IMG/VR virus record: IMGVR_UViG_3300032020_000845
Coordinates: 1-64,000 of that record
DNA length: 64,000 bases
DNA from: a virus
Reading direction: 5' to 3' (one strand)
Made by a program: the position numbers and the translations under genes. This document shows, piece after piece, positions 1-9,326 of the stretch. The notes beneath the pieces are model-generated. The model saw only the letters and a list, made by a program, of their open reading frames with translations, made no database searches and was not told where the DNA came from. Numbering within the stretch: position 1 is the stretch's first letter; every line of letters starts with the position of its first letter.

Positions 1-2
1 TA

Positions 3-1067
3 TTACAGCAATTTGTTACATTACAAACTGTTGTAATATCTGATCCAGGAAGTTTTATGCCAGATAGAGGACAATGGGAAACCACAGCTCCTATAAGAGC
101 GTTGGCAGGAGGATCTCAAGCAAATGTTGATGCTGAAGCTATATGTGTTATGGTTACTCCTATTGGAAACGTTGCTGGGTGTTTTAACCCAAATACAGTA
201 ACAACGGGAGAAGATCAAGAAACAATTTCTTCATTAAAATTACGTGTAAAAAGCATCCTTAAAGGAAATAACGTTGGAACAAAAGCCGGTTATTATTCGT
301 TAGTAATGAATGATGTAAATGTTACTGATGCCTTAGTTATTGAAGCAGGTAGCGCATATGCTGAAAGGTCTTCTTTTGGAGCTGTTGATGTTTTAGTGAG
401 AGGTGGAGTACCTTCTCAAGCAATTGATGAAGTTATATATCATACTGGGTCTGAATATCATATATTTACTTATCAACCGGTTCATCTTTTTACTGAAAGT
501 GGAAGTTTTAATGCTATTGGAAGTGTTACTGGCAATTTAATTGAAGGGACTCATTATGTTATTTTAAAAGATGAGAGTATTTATAAAGGATCTGTTCGAG
601 GAAGAGATGAATTTTATTATATTGGAGTACTTACTGATGGAGAAATTATTACTATAACATATACATATAATTCATTGATCCCTACATTACAAGCATCTGT
701 TGAGGGAGATAGTGCAAAAATTGTAAGTTCGGATGTTTTGATTAAAGAGGCAAAAATAAGGTTAATAGATGTTACTGCTACTATTGAATTGTTTGCGGGA
801 TATGATATTACTGATGTAATTACAAATGTTCAAACTGCTATAGCAAATGCTTTGAATGATTATTTAATAGGGCAAGAAGTACAACAATCAGATATTATAA
901 CAGTAATTGCTACAGTAGAAGGAGTAGATGATGTTTTAGTTCCTCTTACAAAGTTTCAAGAAAGTTCTTCTACTGGAAATATTGTACAAGACTCAGATGG
1001 TAATTTGGTAATTCCTTGGGATTCATATGCTCAAAGTGGAACTATTACTGTTATCGTAAAAAGTTAA
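3..1067 (+). CDS. Baseplate J-like (wedge) protein, 5'-truncated by window edge
   Basis: Frame is open from nt 3. Contains the baseplate-J pattern (AGGSQANV...NP...TTGEDQETISSLKLR...GTKAGY...GAVDV) and C-terminal IGQEVQQSDIITVIATVEGVDDV. Confidence 0.85.
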   Translation, partial: LQQFVTLQTVVISDPGSFMPDRGQWETTAPIRALAGGSQANVDAEAICVMVTPIGNVAGCFNPNTVTTGEDQETISSLKLRVKSILKGNNVGTKAGYYSLVMNDVNVTDALVIEAGSAYAERSSFGAVDVLVRGGVPSQAIDEVIYHTGSEYHIFTYQPVHLFTESGSFNAIGSVTGNLIEGTHYVILKDESIYKGSVRGRDEFYYIGVLTDGEIITITYTYNSLIPTLQASVEGDSAKIVSSDVLIKEAKIRLIDVTATIELFAGYDITDVITNVQTAIANALNDYLIGQEVQQSDIITVIATVEGVDDVLVPLTKFQESSSTGNIVQDSDGNLVIPWDSYAQSGTITVIVKS

Positions 1068-1084
1068 AAAGAAGGAGAAAATAA

Positions 1085-2497
1085 TTGTCTACATCGTTTA
1101 ATACTTTTATTGAAAAATTACGTAGATCTTTAACAAGGTATTATTCTGTTTCTTATTCAAATGATACTCATCTATATTATATTTTACAAATATATGCTGC
1201 AGAATTTGCCTCTGGAAGCAGTGATCTTGAAGAAGCTCATAAAAATTTGAGTATTGATACTGCTAATACTCAAAAACTTTATGATAATTTTGGAACTTAT
1301 TTTGAACAACTTAAATATTTTTATCAAAATGCTAATGAAGATGTATATACTCCTATTTATTCATTAGTATCGGGTTCTGGTGGTTTCGCCGCTGTAACTG
1401 GATCTGGTTCTATTTCTAGTTATCGTAAAACAATTGATTTTTTAATGCAAGCGGCTATGAATGGAAGTACTGTGTATGCAATAAAAAGAGTTGGACATGC
1501 TTTTACTTTAGTGACTCCGGATATTAGAGAACCTTATAGAATATCAAGATGGAAATTAAAAACAGATGATGGTTCTATTTCGAGTGCAAGTTCTGGTTAT
1601 CCATATATAATTGGGGATGAAGATAAAAGTTGGAAAGACGGTGAATGGGATGGGGCATTACTTTTAGAATCTGGATCAAGTGATTTATGTCAAGTCCTTG
1701 AAAATTATTTAGATAATAAAATAAAATATTATCCAATAACACGTCCTGAACATATATTTTCTGTTGGAAATGAATATACAATTACCTTTAGTAAACTAGG
1801 CTCAAATACTAGACTATATGATAAATTAGAAAAGTGTTTTGCTGCAATTATTATTATTTGGTTACCTCAAGGGCAATCAGGACGAAAACCTGCAATTGAG
1901 AAAGCTTTAAATGATATGAAACCTGCCCATGTTAACTTAAACGTTGATTATGAAAATTATTATACAGCGCAAACAACAACTGAACAACTTAGTTCTGGCT
2001 CAAGTAGCTCTTTCCCTTATTCAAGTTATGACCATAATGTATTTTTGGTAGAATATGGGGCAGTAAAAAGTTTGGTTCCAACTATTAATGCTTCTTTTAG
2101 TGGTTCAACTACTAATATAACAGTTCCTGGAACTTATGGTTTTGTGAAATCGAGTGGATCTATTGTTAATAACATTTATACAAGTCCTATATTAGATTTA
2201 TCTGAGGTTGGCCCATTATATGCAAATTACGATTGGGCTTATGATTGGGTTGTTAATTTAGGATATGATTGCCGAATTTTAGTTGAAGCAAAATTATTCA
2301 ATAGTTTACCTCCATCTGGAAATTGGATTATAGTAAATGCGGGAGATGTTGTTTACTATTCAGATATAAAAAGATATTGTCAATATCGAGCGCATGTTTT
2401 TACTTTATTTACTGGAAGTTTTTCATTGCATCAATTTTCGATGAAACAATATTTAAGTAGTTCTTCTGATCCGTATTATACATCTGTGATTATATAA
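1085..2497 (+). CDS. Baseplate/tail-associated structural protein
   Basis: Directly follows baseplate J; has the NDMKPAHV motif typical of baseplate wedge proteins; Ser/Gly-rich; TTG start with AAGGAG RBS. Confidence 0.65.
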   Translation: MSTSFNTFIEKLRRSLTRYYSVSYSNDTHLYYILQIYAAEFASGSSDLEEAHKNLSIDTANTQKLYDNFGTYFEQLKYFYQNANEDVYTPIYSLVSGSGGFAAVTGSGSISSYRKTIDFLMQAAMNGSTVYAIKRVGHAFTLVTPDIREPYRISRWKLKTDDGSISSASSGYPYIIGDEDKSWKDGEWDGALLLESGSSDLCQVLENYLDNKIKYYPITRPEHIFSVGNEYTITFSKLGSNTRLYDKLEKCFAAIIIIWLPQGQSGRKPAIEKALNDMKPAHVNLNVDYENYYTAQTTTEQLSSGSSSSFPYSSYDHNVFLVEYGAVKSLVPTINASFSGSTTNITVPGTYGFVKSSGSIVNNIYTSPILDLSEVGPLYANYDWAYDWVVNLGYDCRILVEAKLFNSLPPSGNWIIVNAGDVVYYSDIKRYCQYRAHVFTLFTGSFSLHQFSMKQYLSSSSDPYYTSVII

Positions 2498-2513
2498 TTA
2501 AGGAGGAGGAATA

Positions 2514-3545
2514 ATGACTTCAGATCCGTTATATAGTGGTCAAGGAAGTATATTTTTTGATGATCAATATGTTTATAAAGAAGATCTCAATAATATTGAA
2601 TATACTAAATTAAAAACAATTCGAAAATCCATAGCAGGTTGTTTAAGGCAAGCTGGAGTTGCTATTGATTCATTAACTGATTCAGCTTTAAAAGTTGCAT
2701 ATGTTGATGCTAAACATTTTACAGTCAATCCTGGAGTTGCTATTGATGCCCTTGGAAGATTGATCTATGTGCCTGAAAATACATCTGCGGATGGAAATAT
2801 TATTGATGATCCAGATTATCACCCAGTTTGGCCTAATAGGGAAACAATTGCGCATGGTAAAAGTCCAAGTGTGTTTACAAGATATTATGTTAACATTTAT
2901 TATAATACTCAATTAGATATTATAGAAACAGATGATAGTGGTGTTTCCCATTACACTCGTATATATGACAGTTACGAAATTAGTTGTGAGGATTTTCCAG
3001 CAGAGTCGGGAAGTTCTAAAGTAGGTCTATGTTTAGGCAGTTTTGAGGTTAATACTGAGGGAAATATTCGTTATGGAGAAATTACTGATTTACGTCCTTT
3101 TTTGCAAGTATTGTCTGAAATTGTAATTAATCCTTATGTGCCAAGTTCTCGAAGAATTTTTGCGCAATCAAATGTTGCAAGTTATTTATCAAATGCTGTA
3201 GCTGGAAACAATTATTGGGCAGTAACTGCAGGAAGTTATGCTCACCCAAAAGCGAATATTGGATATAAACATCGTACTGGTTCTACTGCAATGAATATAC
3301 GATTCTGTATTCCAGATTATTCTCAGGTTTCAACAAATGCATATGTTTATGCATATATTTATCAAGGGGCAGCTTTGGTTGTTTCTGGATCTATTAATAT
3401 AACTTCTAATTCTGAAATACATGATCTTTCTTTGAATATTTCTGGATTATCGACAAGTGCTATATATGACGTTAGAATTACTATGAGAACTTTTGTTGGT
3501 ACTGGTACTTTTTATATAAGAGATCTTGTTATTGATGTTAGTTAA
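2514..3545 (+). CDS. Putative tail fibre / receptor-binding protein, paralog 1
   Basis: N-terminal FFDDQ..EDLN and VNPGVAIDALGRLIYV fibre-attachment-like motifs; beta-rich variable C-terminus; located after baseplate genes. Confidence 0.6.
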   Translation: MTSDPLYSGQGSIFFDDQYVYKEDLNNIEYTKLKTIRKSIAGCLRQAGVAIDSLTDSALKVAYVDAKHFTVNPGVAIDALGRLIYVPENTSADGNIIDDPDYHPVWPNRETIAHGKSPSVFTRYYVNIYYNTQLDIIETDDSGVSHYTRIYDSYEISCEDFPAESGSSKVGLCLGSFEVNTEGNIRYGEITDLRPFLQVLSEIVINPYVPSSRRIFAQSNVASYLSNAVAGNNYWAVTAGSYAHPKANIGYKHRTGSTAMNIRFCIPDYSQVSTNAYVYAYIYQGAALVVSGSINITSNSEIHDLSLNISGLSTSAIYDVRITMRTFVGTGTFYIRDLVIDVS

Positions 3546-3554
3546 GGAGGAATA

Positions 3555-4577
3555 ATGACTTTAGATCCCATTTATAGTGGTCACGGAAGTATATTTTTTG
3601 AAGATCAACAAATTTTTTCTCAAGATTTAAATAATATTGAACATTCAAAACTTCGAATAATTCGAGAGTCTTTAGTAGCAATGATGTATCAGCCTGGAGT
3701 AGCTATTGATTCCCTTAGTGACACTGCTTTGAAAGTAATATATATTGATACTGAGCATTTTACAATTAATCCTGGAGTAGCTATTGATTCTTTTGGTAGA
3801 CTAATTTATGTTCCATCTGATACATCTGCAAGTGGAAGTACTACTACTGATCCTTACTATCACCCAGTTTGGCCTAGTCGTCAAAATATTGTTCATAATC
3901 AATTACCAGAAGCAGTTACTACATATTATGTTAACATTTACTATACTATGCAACAAGATATTGCAGAAACAGATGATAAAAAAGGGGCACATTATACTCG
4001 AGAATATGATAGTTATAGAATTGCTTGTGAAAATAGTATTCCAAGTGATGATAGTGATGGAATATGTTTAGCAAGTTTTCAAGTAGACACTGATGGAGAT
4101 ATTGTAGGAGGGAGTGGTAGTATTAATGATATACGTCCTCTTTTATTATTTGGTCTTCAAACAGCTGCTTTTAGTGCTCGAGAAGTTTTTAGACAAGCAA
4201 GTGTTGCAAGTAATGTAGTAAATAATGATGCTGGAAGTAATTCTTGGCAAGAAAGCTTATGTTTGGGGCCAGATCCTGTAAGTGTTCCAAAAGCAAGAGT
4301 ATCATTTATGTATTATGGAGAAACAACAATGAATGTTCATTTTTTAAAACTTGCTTTATCTGATTCTGGTTCTCTTTTAGTTAGTGTAGATAATAATACT
4401 GGTGGATCTGGGTCTTATGATTTTAATAATACTGGAAGTAATGATTATTATTCTTTTTCTTTTAGTTTGAACGCTGCTATGAATAAAGATATTTTTCATT
4501 ATATAACTATATATCTTGAAACATCTGTATGTAGTTCTGCTGCAATTGTTGGTGATACAGTTATTGATGTTATTTAG
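3555..4577 (+). CDS. Putative tail fibre / receptor-binding protein, paralog 2
   Basis: Shares about 195 N-terminal aa with 2514..3545; divergent C-terminus. Confidence 0.6.
   Translation: MTLDPIYSGHGSIFFEDQQIFSQDLNNIEHSKLRIIRESLVAMMYQPGVAIDSLSDTALKVIYIDTEHFTINPGVAIDSFGRLIYVPSDTSASGSTTTDPYYHPVWPSRQNIVHNQLPEAVTTYYVNIYYTMQQDIAETDDKKGAHYTREYDSYRIACENSIPSDDSDGICLASFQVDTDGDIVGGSGSINDIRPLLLFGLQTAAFSAREVFRQASVASNVVNNDAGSNSWQESLCLGPDPVSVPKARVSFMYYGETTMNVHFLKLALSDSGSLLVSVDNNTGGSGSYDFNNTGSNDYYSFSFSLNAAMNKDIFHYITIYLETSVCSSAAIVGDTVIDVI
3768..3878 (+). repeat. 111-bp exact direct repeat, copy 1 (copy 2 at 4777..4887)
   Basis: aatcctggagtagctattgattcttttgg...cacccagtttggcctagt is identical in paralogs 2 and 3. 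Confidence 0.95.
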
Positions 4578-4587
4578 GAGGTTTTAA

Positions 4588-5505
4588 ATGGCAATTAATG
4601 AAGGGTTAAAAAGTATATTTTTTGGGGATCAAGATGTTTATGAAGAAGACCTCAATAATATTGAATATACTAAAATTAGAACGTTCCGAAAATCTTTAGC
4701 TGCTTGTTTACAACAACCAGGGGTAGCTATTGAATCTCTTAGTGATCTTGCTTTAAAAGTTGTTAGTGGTTCAGTAAATCCTGGAGTAGCTATTGATTCT
4801 TTTGGTAGACTAATTTATGTTCCATCTGATACATCTGCAAGTGGAAGTACTACTACTGATCCTTACTATCACCCAGTTTGGCCTAGTTGTACATACGGTG
4901 GAGGAGGAGATTATGTTAACATTTATTATAATACTCAACAAGACATTATAGAAACAGACGATAGTGGCGTTTCTCACTATACTCGTATATATGATAGTTA
5001 TATAATTATTGCAGAAGGCTCTCTTCCAAGTAGTGATAGTGGAGGGATATGTTTGTCAAGTGGTGGAATTGATTGTCGCCCCCTTTTGAAATTAAAAGCA
5101 TCTGTTGTACCTTTATCTGTTGTGGATGAGGCTTGGATTAAAGCAGTTCAGGCTAGTTCTACTTTAAATCAAATATCTCCTGCTATATATTGGATAGATA
5201 CTCTTAGCGGTACGCGTAAAAAAGCAGAAGTAGCTTATAAACATATTGGTGGTTCTTCTATGGATATAACTTTTTCTGTTTATAATGCAAGTTCTCCAGG
5301 AACTTTTCAGGTTGATATATATGATTCATTGACAGAAGCTGTTGTTATTACAAATTCTGTGAATTTTTCGGCAGGAGCTGGACAATATACTTTATCTCTT
5401 CCAATATCTTCATTATCTACAACATCTTTATATTTTATACGTATTACTATAATTGCTGGAACTGGCACTACTTATATAAACTATGTTATTGTAAATATAA
5501 CATAA
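4588..5505 (+). CDS. Putative tail fibre / receptor-binding protein, paralog 3
   Basis: Same N-terminal module with internal deletions; divergent C-terminus. Confidence 0.6.
   Translation: MAINEGLKSIFFGDQDVYEEDLNNIEYTKIRTFRKSLAACLQQPGVAIESLSDLALKVVSGSVNPGVAIDSFGRLIYVPSDTSASGSTTTDPYYHPVWPSCTYGGGGDYVNIYYNTQQDIIETDDSGVSHYTRIYDSYIIIAEGSLPSSDSGGICLSSGGIDCRPLLKLKASVVPLSVVDEAWIKAVQASSTLNQISPAIYWIDTLSGTRKKAEVAYKHIGGSSMDITFSVYNASSPGTFQVDIYDSLTEAVVITNSVNFSAGAGQYTLSLPISSLSTTSLYFIRITIIAGTGTTYINYVIVNIT
4777..4887 (+). repeat. 111-bp exact direct repeat, copy 2
   Basis: Identical to 3768..3878. Confidence 0.95.
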
Positions 5506-5526
5506 AAAAAGTTTAATTTTTGAAAG

Positions 5527-5550
5527 TTTTAGTGTATTTAATATTAAATG
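5527..5550 (+). promoter_or_regulatory. Phage promoter-like motif (variant) upstream of glycan operon
   Basis: ttttagtgtatttaatattaaatg resembles the motif at 28072, 30073, 48141, 53921 and 55068. Confidence 0.55.
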
Positions 5551-5595
5551 TTGGAGTGAGGTAATGTATAGTTATAAAATTTTAAATTACAATAT

Positions 5596-5630
5596 AAGCG
5601 TTAGTTGTTAAGGCTAATGCTTTTATTTTT
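5596..5630 (+). terminator. Intrinsic terminator-like hairpin
   Basis: aagcgttag/ctaatgctt stem (one G-U pair) followed by a T-rich tract. Confidence 0.6.
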
Positions 5631-5649
5631 ATAAAATTAGGAGGGTTTT

Positions 5650-6900
5650 GTGAAAATTGTTTATTTGTCGGATTCTCCTCAAATATCAAGTGGGTATGGC
5701 AAGATAGGAAAAGATTTACTTACAAGATTAAGAGCAAAGGGACACCAAATTATTATATTAGGAGGATCATTAAATCCTGGTCCTTTTCAACCTCAACCTT
5801 GGAATGGAATGGTTTTTTATCCAATTCATGGGTATGGAAATATTGAACATATTCGTCATATTTTGAAAGAACACAAACCGGACGTGATGCTTATAAATTC
5901 AGATCCACGACATTTACGTCATATTTTTGAAATTGATAATGAAATTAGGGGTATATGTCCTTTAGCTTTTTATCATTTATGGGACGATGCTCCTTTTCCT
6001 AAATTTAATACTATGTATTATCGTTCTACAGATACTATTATTGCTGGGTCTAAGTTTATTTATGATTTGCTAAAAGCTAATTATACTGACACTCCTGTTT
6101 TTTATGCTCCTATGGGAATAGATACAAAAGTATACGATATTCTTCCGAAGGAAAAGGTTCAAGAATTTAAAGCAAGTATTTTTAAAAATCAACCACAATT
6201 TGTAAATAAATTTATTGTTGGTTATGTTGGTAGAAATATATTTCGCAAAAGATTGTTAGATCTTTATCGTATATTTGCGAAATTTGCAAAAGATAAAGAA
6301 GATGTTTTATTGTTTTTACACTCAAGTCCATTTGACCCTGAAGGAAGTAATCTATTGTATCTCCAAAGCACTTTATATCCAAACCTTCCAGTTGTTATAA
6401 GTGATCCTCGAGGTCAAGATGATTCTTATTTAACACATTTATATAATATGTTTGATGTGAGTATTAATATTGCTTTTGCAGAAGGTTTTGGATTACCTTT
6501 AGCAGAATCAATGGCTTGTGGAACTCCTTGTATTTCAGCAAAGACTGTTGGCCCAAGTGGATTAATTACAGAAGAAAATGGGTGGCTTGTAGAACCTAAA
6601 TGTATTGCGCAATTTGGAAGTAATCTTGTTCCATTTATTGATCAACGTTTTGTGTTGGATGAAGATGTACTTTCTGCATTAACAGAAGCGTATATGAAAC
6701 ATGTTTTTTCAGATTCAAATAAAACATTATTAGAAGAAAAAGCTTCTAAATGTAGACAATATATTGTTGAAAATTATTCTGCAGATGCAATGACGGAGAA
6801 AGTTGAAGAAGCTTTAAAAGAAACAGTTATAAATTGGAAAAAATATCCAAAATATACAGTTACAACATTTCCACAAGAAATAAGTGAAGGAGGTAAGTAA
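5650..6900 (+). CDS. Glycosyltransferase, GT-B fold (GT4-like)
   Basis: SGYG N-terminal motif, VGRNIFRK, EGFGLPLAESMACGTP. Confidence 0.9.
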   Translation: MKIVYLSDSPQISSGYGKIGKDLLTRLRAKGHQIIILGGSLNPGPFQPQPWNGMVFYPIHGYGNIEHIRHILKEHKPDVMLINSDPRHLRHIFEIDNEIRGICPLAFYHLWDDAPFPKFNTMYYRSTDTIIAGSKFIYDLLKANYTDTPVFYAPMGIDTKVYDILPKEKVQEFKASIFKNQPQFVNKFIVGYVGRNIFRKRLLDLYRIFAKFAKDKEDVLLFLHSSPFDPEGSNLLYLQSTLYPNLPVVISDPRGQDDSYLTHLYNMFDVSINIAFAEGFGLPLAESMACGTPCISAKTVGPSGLITEENGWLVEPKCIAQFGSNLVPFIDQRFVLDEDVLSALTEAYMKHVFSDSNKTLLEEKASKCRQYIVENYSADAMTEKVEEALKETVINWKKYPKYTVTTFPQEISEGGK

Positions 6901-7071
6901 AGATGAAAATTCAGGATTGTTTGATTATTTCCAGAAAAAAAGAAGAGATGAACCAATGCTTGAAATTGGTAAAAATGAGAATGCTTTAATTGAAAGAAAC
7001 ATATTTATATCAGAGCCTTTGACTTTTTGGCAAAGGGTGAAATATCTTCTTTTTAATGACTCTATTTGGAA
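6821..7071 (+). repeat. About 250-bp imperfect direct repeat, copy 1 (copy 2 at 7336..7590)
   Basis: Covers the 3' end of GT 5650, the RBS and the 5' part of the following small gene; diverged copy downstream. Confidence 0.9.
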
Positions 7072-7150
7072 GAACCCGCTAATACATAGGTATGCGGTTG
7101 TGATTAAACTGAAAAACTTTATCTACTCCTGGAGGCGTTTATGCTTATAG
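6903..7150 (+). pseudogene. Frameshifted paralog of 7418..7660
   Basis: RBS-led ATG 6903 reads MKIQDCLIISRKK; homology to 7418 continues in the -1 frame after the A7 run at 6935..6941. Confidence 0.7.
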
Positions 7151-7326
7151 CAAAAAATGCTTTATGCCCAAAGTGTAAAGTCTCAGTTGTTGAATCTTCA
7201 AAATTAATTGGAGAACTTTGGGAATTTCCCTGCTGGGAATGTCCGAAGTGTGGAGATATTTGGGATTCATTAAGTGATATAAAAGGGTGTAAAGTATTGA
7301 TAGGAACTAAAGGAGGTAAAAAATGA
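7141..7326 (+). CDS. Small zinc-ribbon protein
   Basis: Two CPKC motifs; GGAGG RBS. Confidence 0.65.
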   Translation: MLIAKNALCPKCKVSVVESSKLIGELWEFPCWECPKCGDIWDSLSDIKGCKVLIGTKGGKK

Positions 7327-7415
7327 ACAATAAAAAAACAGTTGTAAGTTGGAAAAAATATCCAAAATATACAATTACAACCTTTCCACAAGAAGTAAGT
7401 GAAGGAGGAAAGTAA
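7323..7415 (+). CDS. 30-aa chimeric junction ORF (GT 7657 N-terminus fused to GT 5650 C-terminus)
   Basis: MNNKKTVV-SWKKYPKYTITTFPQEVSEGGK; 35 bp at 7312..7346 identical to 7646..7680. Confidence 0.6.
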   Translation: MNNKKTVVSWKKYPKYTITTFPQEVSEGGK

Positions 7416-7590
7416 AAATGAAAATTCGAGATTGCTTGATTATTTCTCGAAAGAAAAGAGGGATAGATGAACCAATGCTTGAAATTGGTAAAAATGAGAA
7501 TGCTGTAATTGAAAGGAATATATCTATATCGAAACCTTTAACTTTTTGTCAAAGGTTGAAATATTTGCTTTTTAATGATCCTCTTTGGAA
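7336..7590 (+). repeat. Imperfect direct repeat, copy 2
   Basis: Homologous to 6821..7071. Confidence 0.9.
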
Positions 7591-7660
7591 AATTCGTAAA
7601 GCACCAGCAGTAATAATGAGTAACTTTAGACTTGCTCTCCCCATCGGAGGTAAAAAATGA
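7418..7660 (+). CDS. Hypothetical protein
   Basis: AAGGAGG RBS; intact paralog of 6903..7150. Confidence 0.6.
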   Translation: MKIRDCLIISRKKRGIDEPMLEIGKNENAVIERNISISKPLTFCQRLKYLLFNDPLWKIRKAPAVIMSNFRLALPIGGKK

Positions 7661-8817
7661 ACAATAAAAAAACAGTTGTATTCAGAGCAACAGTAGATAA
7701 TTTTTCAGGATATGGTACTGTAAGTAGAAATTTAATTCTTGCTTTTTATAAAAAGTATAAAGATTGTTTTAATATCGCTTTACAACCTCTTCAATGGTTA
7801 ACTGCTGGTGATATAGAAATTCCTCCAGAAGATTGTGAAATTCTTGATACTTTAAAAAGAAAACAATTTCCTCCAGAAGAGTCTATTCTTATTCATATGT
7901 CTATTCCTATTGAATTTCAATGGCCTCACAATTATAAAAAGTATTATGGATTTACAATGCTCGAAACTGATAAAATTACTCCTACATGGACTTATATTCT
8001 TAATCGTCTTGATGGTTGTTTGGTTCCAACTCCGTTTAACGTTAAGACTTTTATGGAAAGTGGTGTCAAAGTTCCTCTCACTATAATTCCATTTGGAGTT
8101 GATTTTAATATGTTTGCTTTGGACAAAGAACCTTTACTTTCAAAAGAAGACATTCCAACAAAGTTTAATTTCTTATGTTCTGGACAATGGACTTATGGAG
8201 ATCGTAAGAATATTGCTCAGACAATCTTGTCTTTCCTCAAGACATTTAGAACTAACAAGGAAGTTGGATTAATTGTGAAAGTATATAGTGTTGGAGCGGG
8301 AACCATGGACAAAATAAGTTGTACTGAAAAAATTAATAGTATTCGAAAACATTTAAAACTTAACCCAGACGAGGGTCCTAAAGTTTATTTAGTGCATGGA
8401 GCTTTGACAACAGAAGAAATGTCAAGATTGTATCATAATGCTCAAGTGTTTGTATTACCCAGTTCTGGAGAAGCTTTTGGAATGCCTTTAGTTGAAGCTC
8501 TTGCAAGCGGATTGCCTGTAATTACAACTGGTGGCACTGCTCCAAGTACCTTTTTGAACCCTGAGAAAACTACTCTTTTAAACTATAAATGGGTACAGTT
8601 AAGACCGGAGATGTATTGGCAACACGTATATGACCCAGGAATAATGGGTATGACGGAGCCTGATTGGAAGGATTTTGAGAAGCTAATGATAAGAGCTTAT
8701 GAAAAATATTCTATTGCAAAAAGTTTAGCCCTTGAACAGCGCCAGGAATTAATTGATCGACATTTAACATGGAATGAAAGTGCTGAGAGATTAGCATTGT
8801 TTTTGGATAATATATAA
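7657..8817 (+). CDS. Glycosyltransferase, GT-B fold (GT4-like)
   Basis: FSGYG, TMLETD, DRKN, SSGEAFGMPLVEALASGLPVI. Confidence 0.9.
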   Translation: MNNKKTVVFRATVDNFSGYGTVSRNLILAFYKKYKDCFNIALQPLQWLTAGDIEIPPEDCEILDTLKRKQFPPEESILIHMSIPIEFQWPHNYKKYYGFTMLETDKITPTWTYILNRLDGCLVPTPFNVKTFMESGVKVPLTIIPFGVDFNMFALDKEPLLSKEDIPTKFNFLCSGQWTYGDRKNIAQTILSFLKTFRTNKEVGLIVKVYSVGAGTMDKISCTEKINSIRKHLKLNPDEGPKVYLVHGALTTEEMSRLYHNAQVFVLPSSGEAFGMPLVEALASGLPVITTGGTAPSTFLNPEKTTLLNYKWVQLRPEMYWQHVYDPGIMGMTEPDWKDFEKLMIRAYEKYSIAKSLALEQRQELIDRHLTWNESAERLALFLDNI

Positions 8818-8827
8818 AAAAAATAAA

Positions 8828-9100
8828 ATGATAAAAAAATTTGTAAGAAAAATTTTATGTTGGATTGATTTTTGGTTTTATGCTCATTATGGTAAATCGT
8901 TGACTAAAATAAAGTATTTCAAAGAAGATGTACCAAATAAATATTGGGGTAAATGTTTACTTAATAATATAGAGATTGTCCCCTACCCTCTTATATTTGT
9001 TAGAGATCCTAAGACAATTGAAGTAACAGAACAAGACATAAAATGGGCAGAAGAGTTACTTCAGAAAAATGATTTTTTTAAAGAAGAAGAGGAAGGATAA
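8828..9100 (+). CDS. Hypothetical protein
   Basis: ORF fills the gap in the operon. Confidence 0.55.
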   Translation: MIKKFVRKILCWIDFWFYAHYGKSLTKIKYFKEDVPNKYWGKCLLNNIEIVPYPLIFVRDPKTIEVTEQDIKWAEELLQKNDFFKEEEEG

Positions 9101-9101
9101 A

Positions 9102-9326
9102 ATGAGTAAGACAATAGATGTGTGTGAGAACGTTTCTTTAACTAAGTTTTGGGGAGGCGATGAAGAAGGACAAATGGTTCAAATAACAGCTCCTGGAGAA
9201 TGTAGCCTTTCTTATGTTCAATTAACTCCAGAAGAAATGGATAGGTTATTAAATTGCTGGTTAAAATTTAAAAAAGAGTTTGGAAGAAATAAAAATAAAG
9301 ATAAAAATGACTATGTCAAAACTTAA
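9102..9326 (+). CDS. Hypothetical protein
   Basis: ATG 9102 after GGAAGGA RBS. Confidence 0.55.
   Translation: MSKTIDVCENVSLTKFWGGDEEGQMVQITAPGECSLSYVQLTPEEMDRLLNCWLKFKKEFGRNKNKDKNDYVKT

Noticed and set aside
2514-7680. Diversity-generating retroelement (TR/VR pair) in the fibre or 6.8-7.6 kb repeats
   Set aside because: No reverse transcriptase in the window. The fibre repeat is exact and N-terminal, and mismatches in the other repeat are not confined to adenines.
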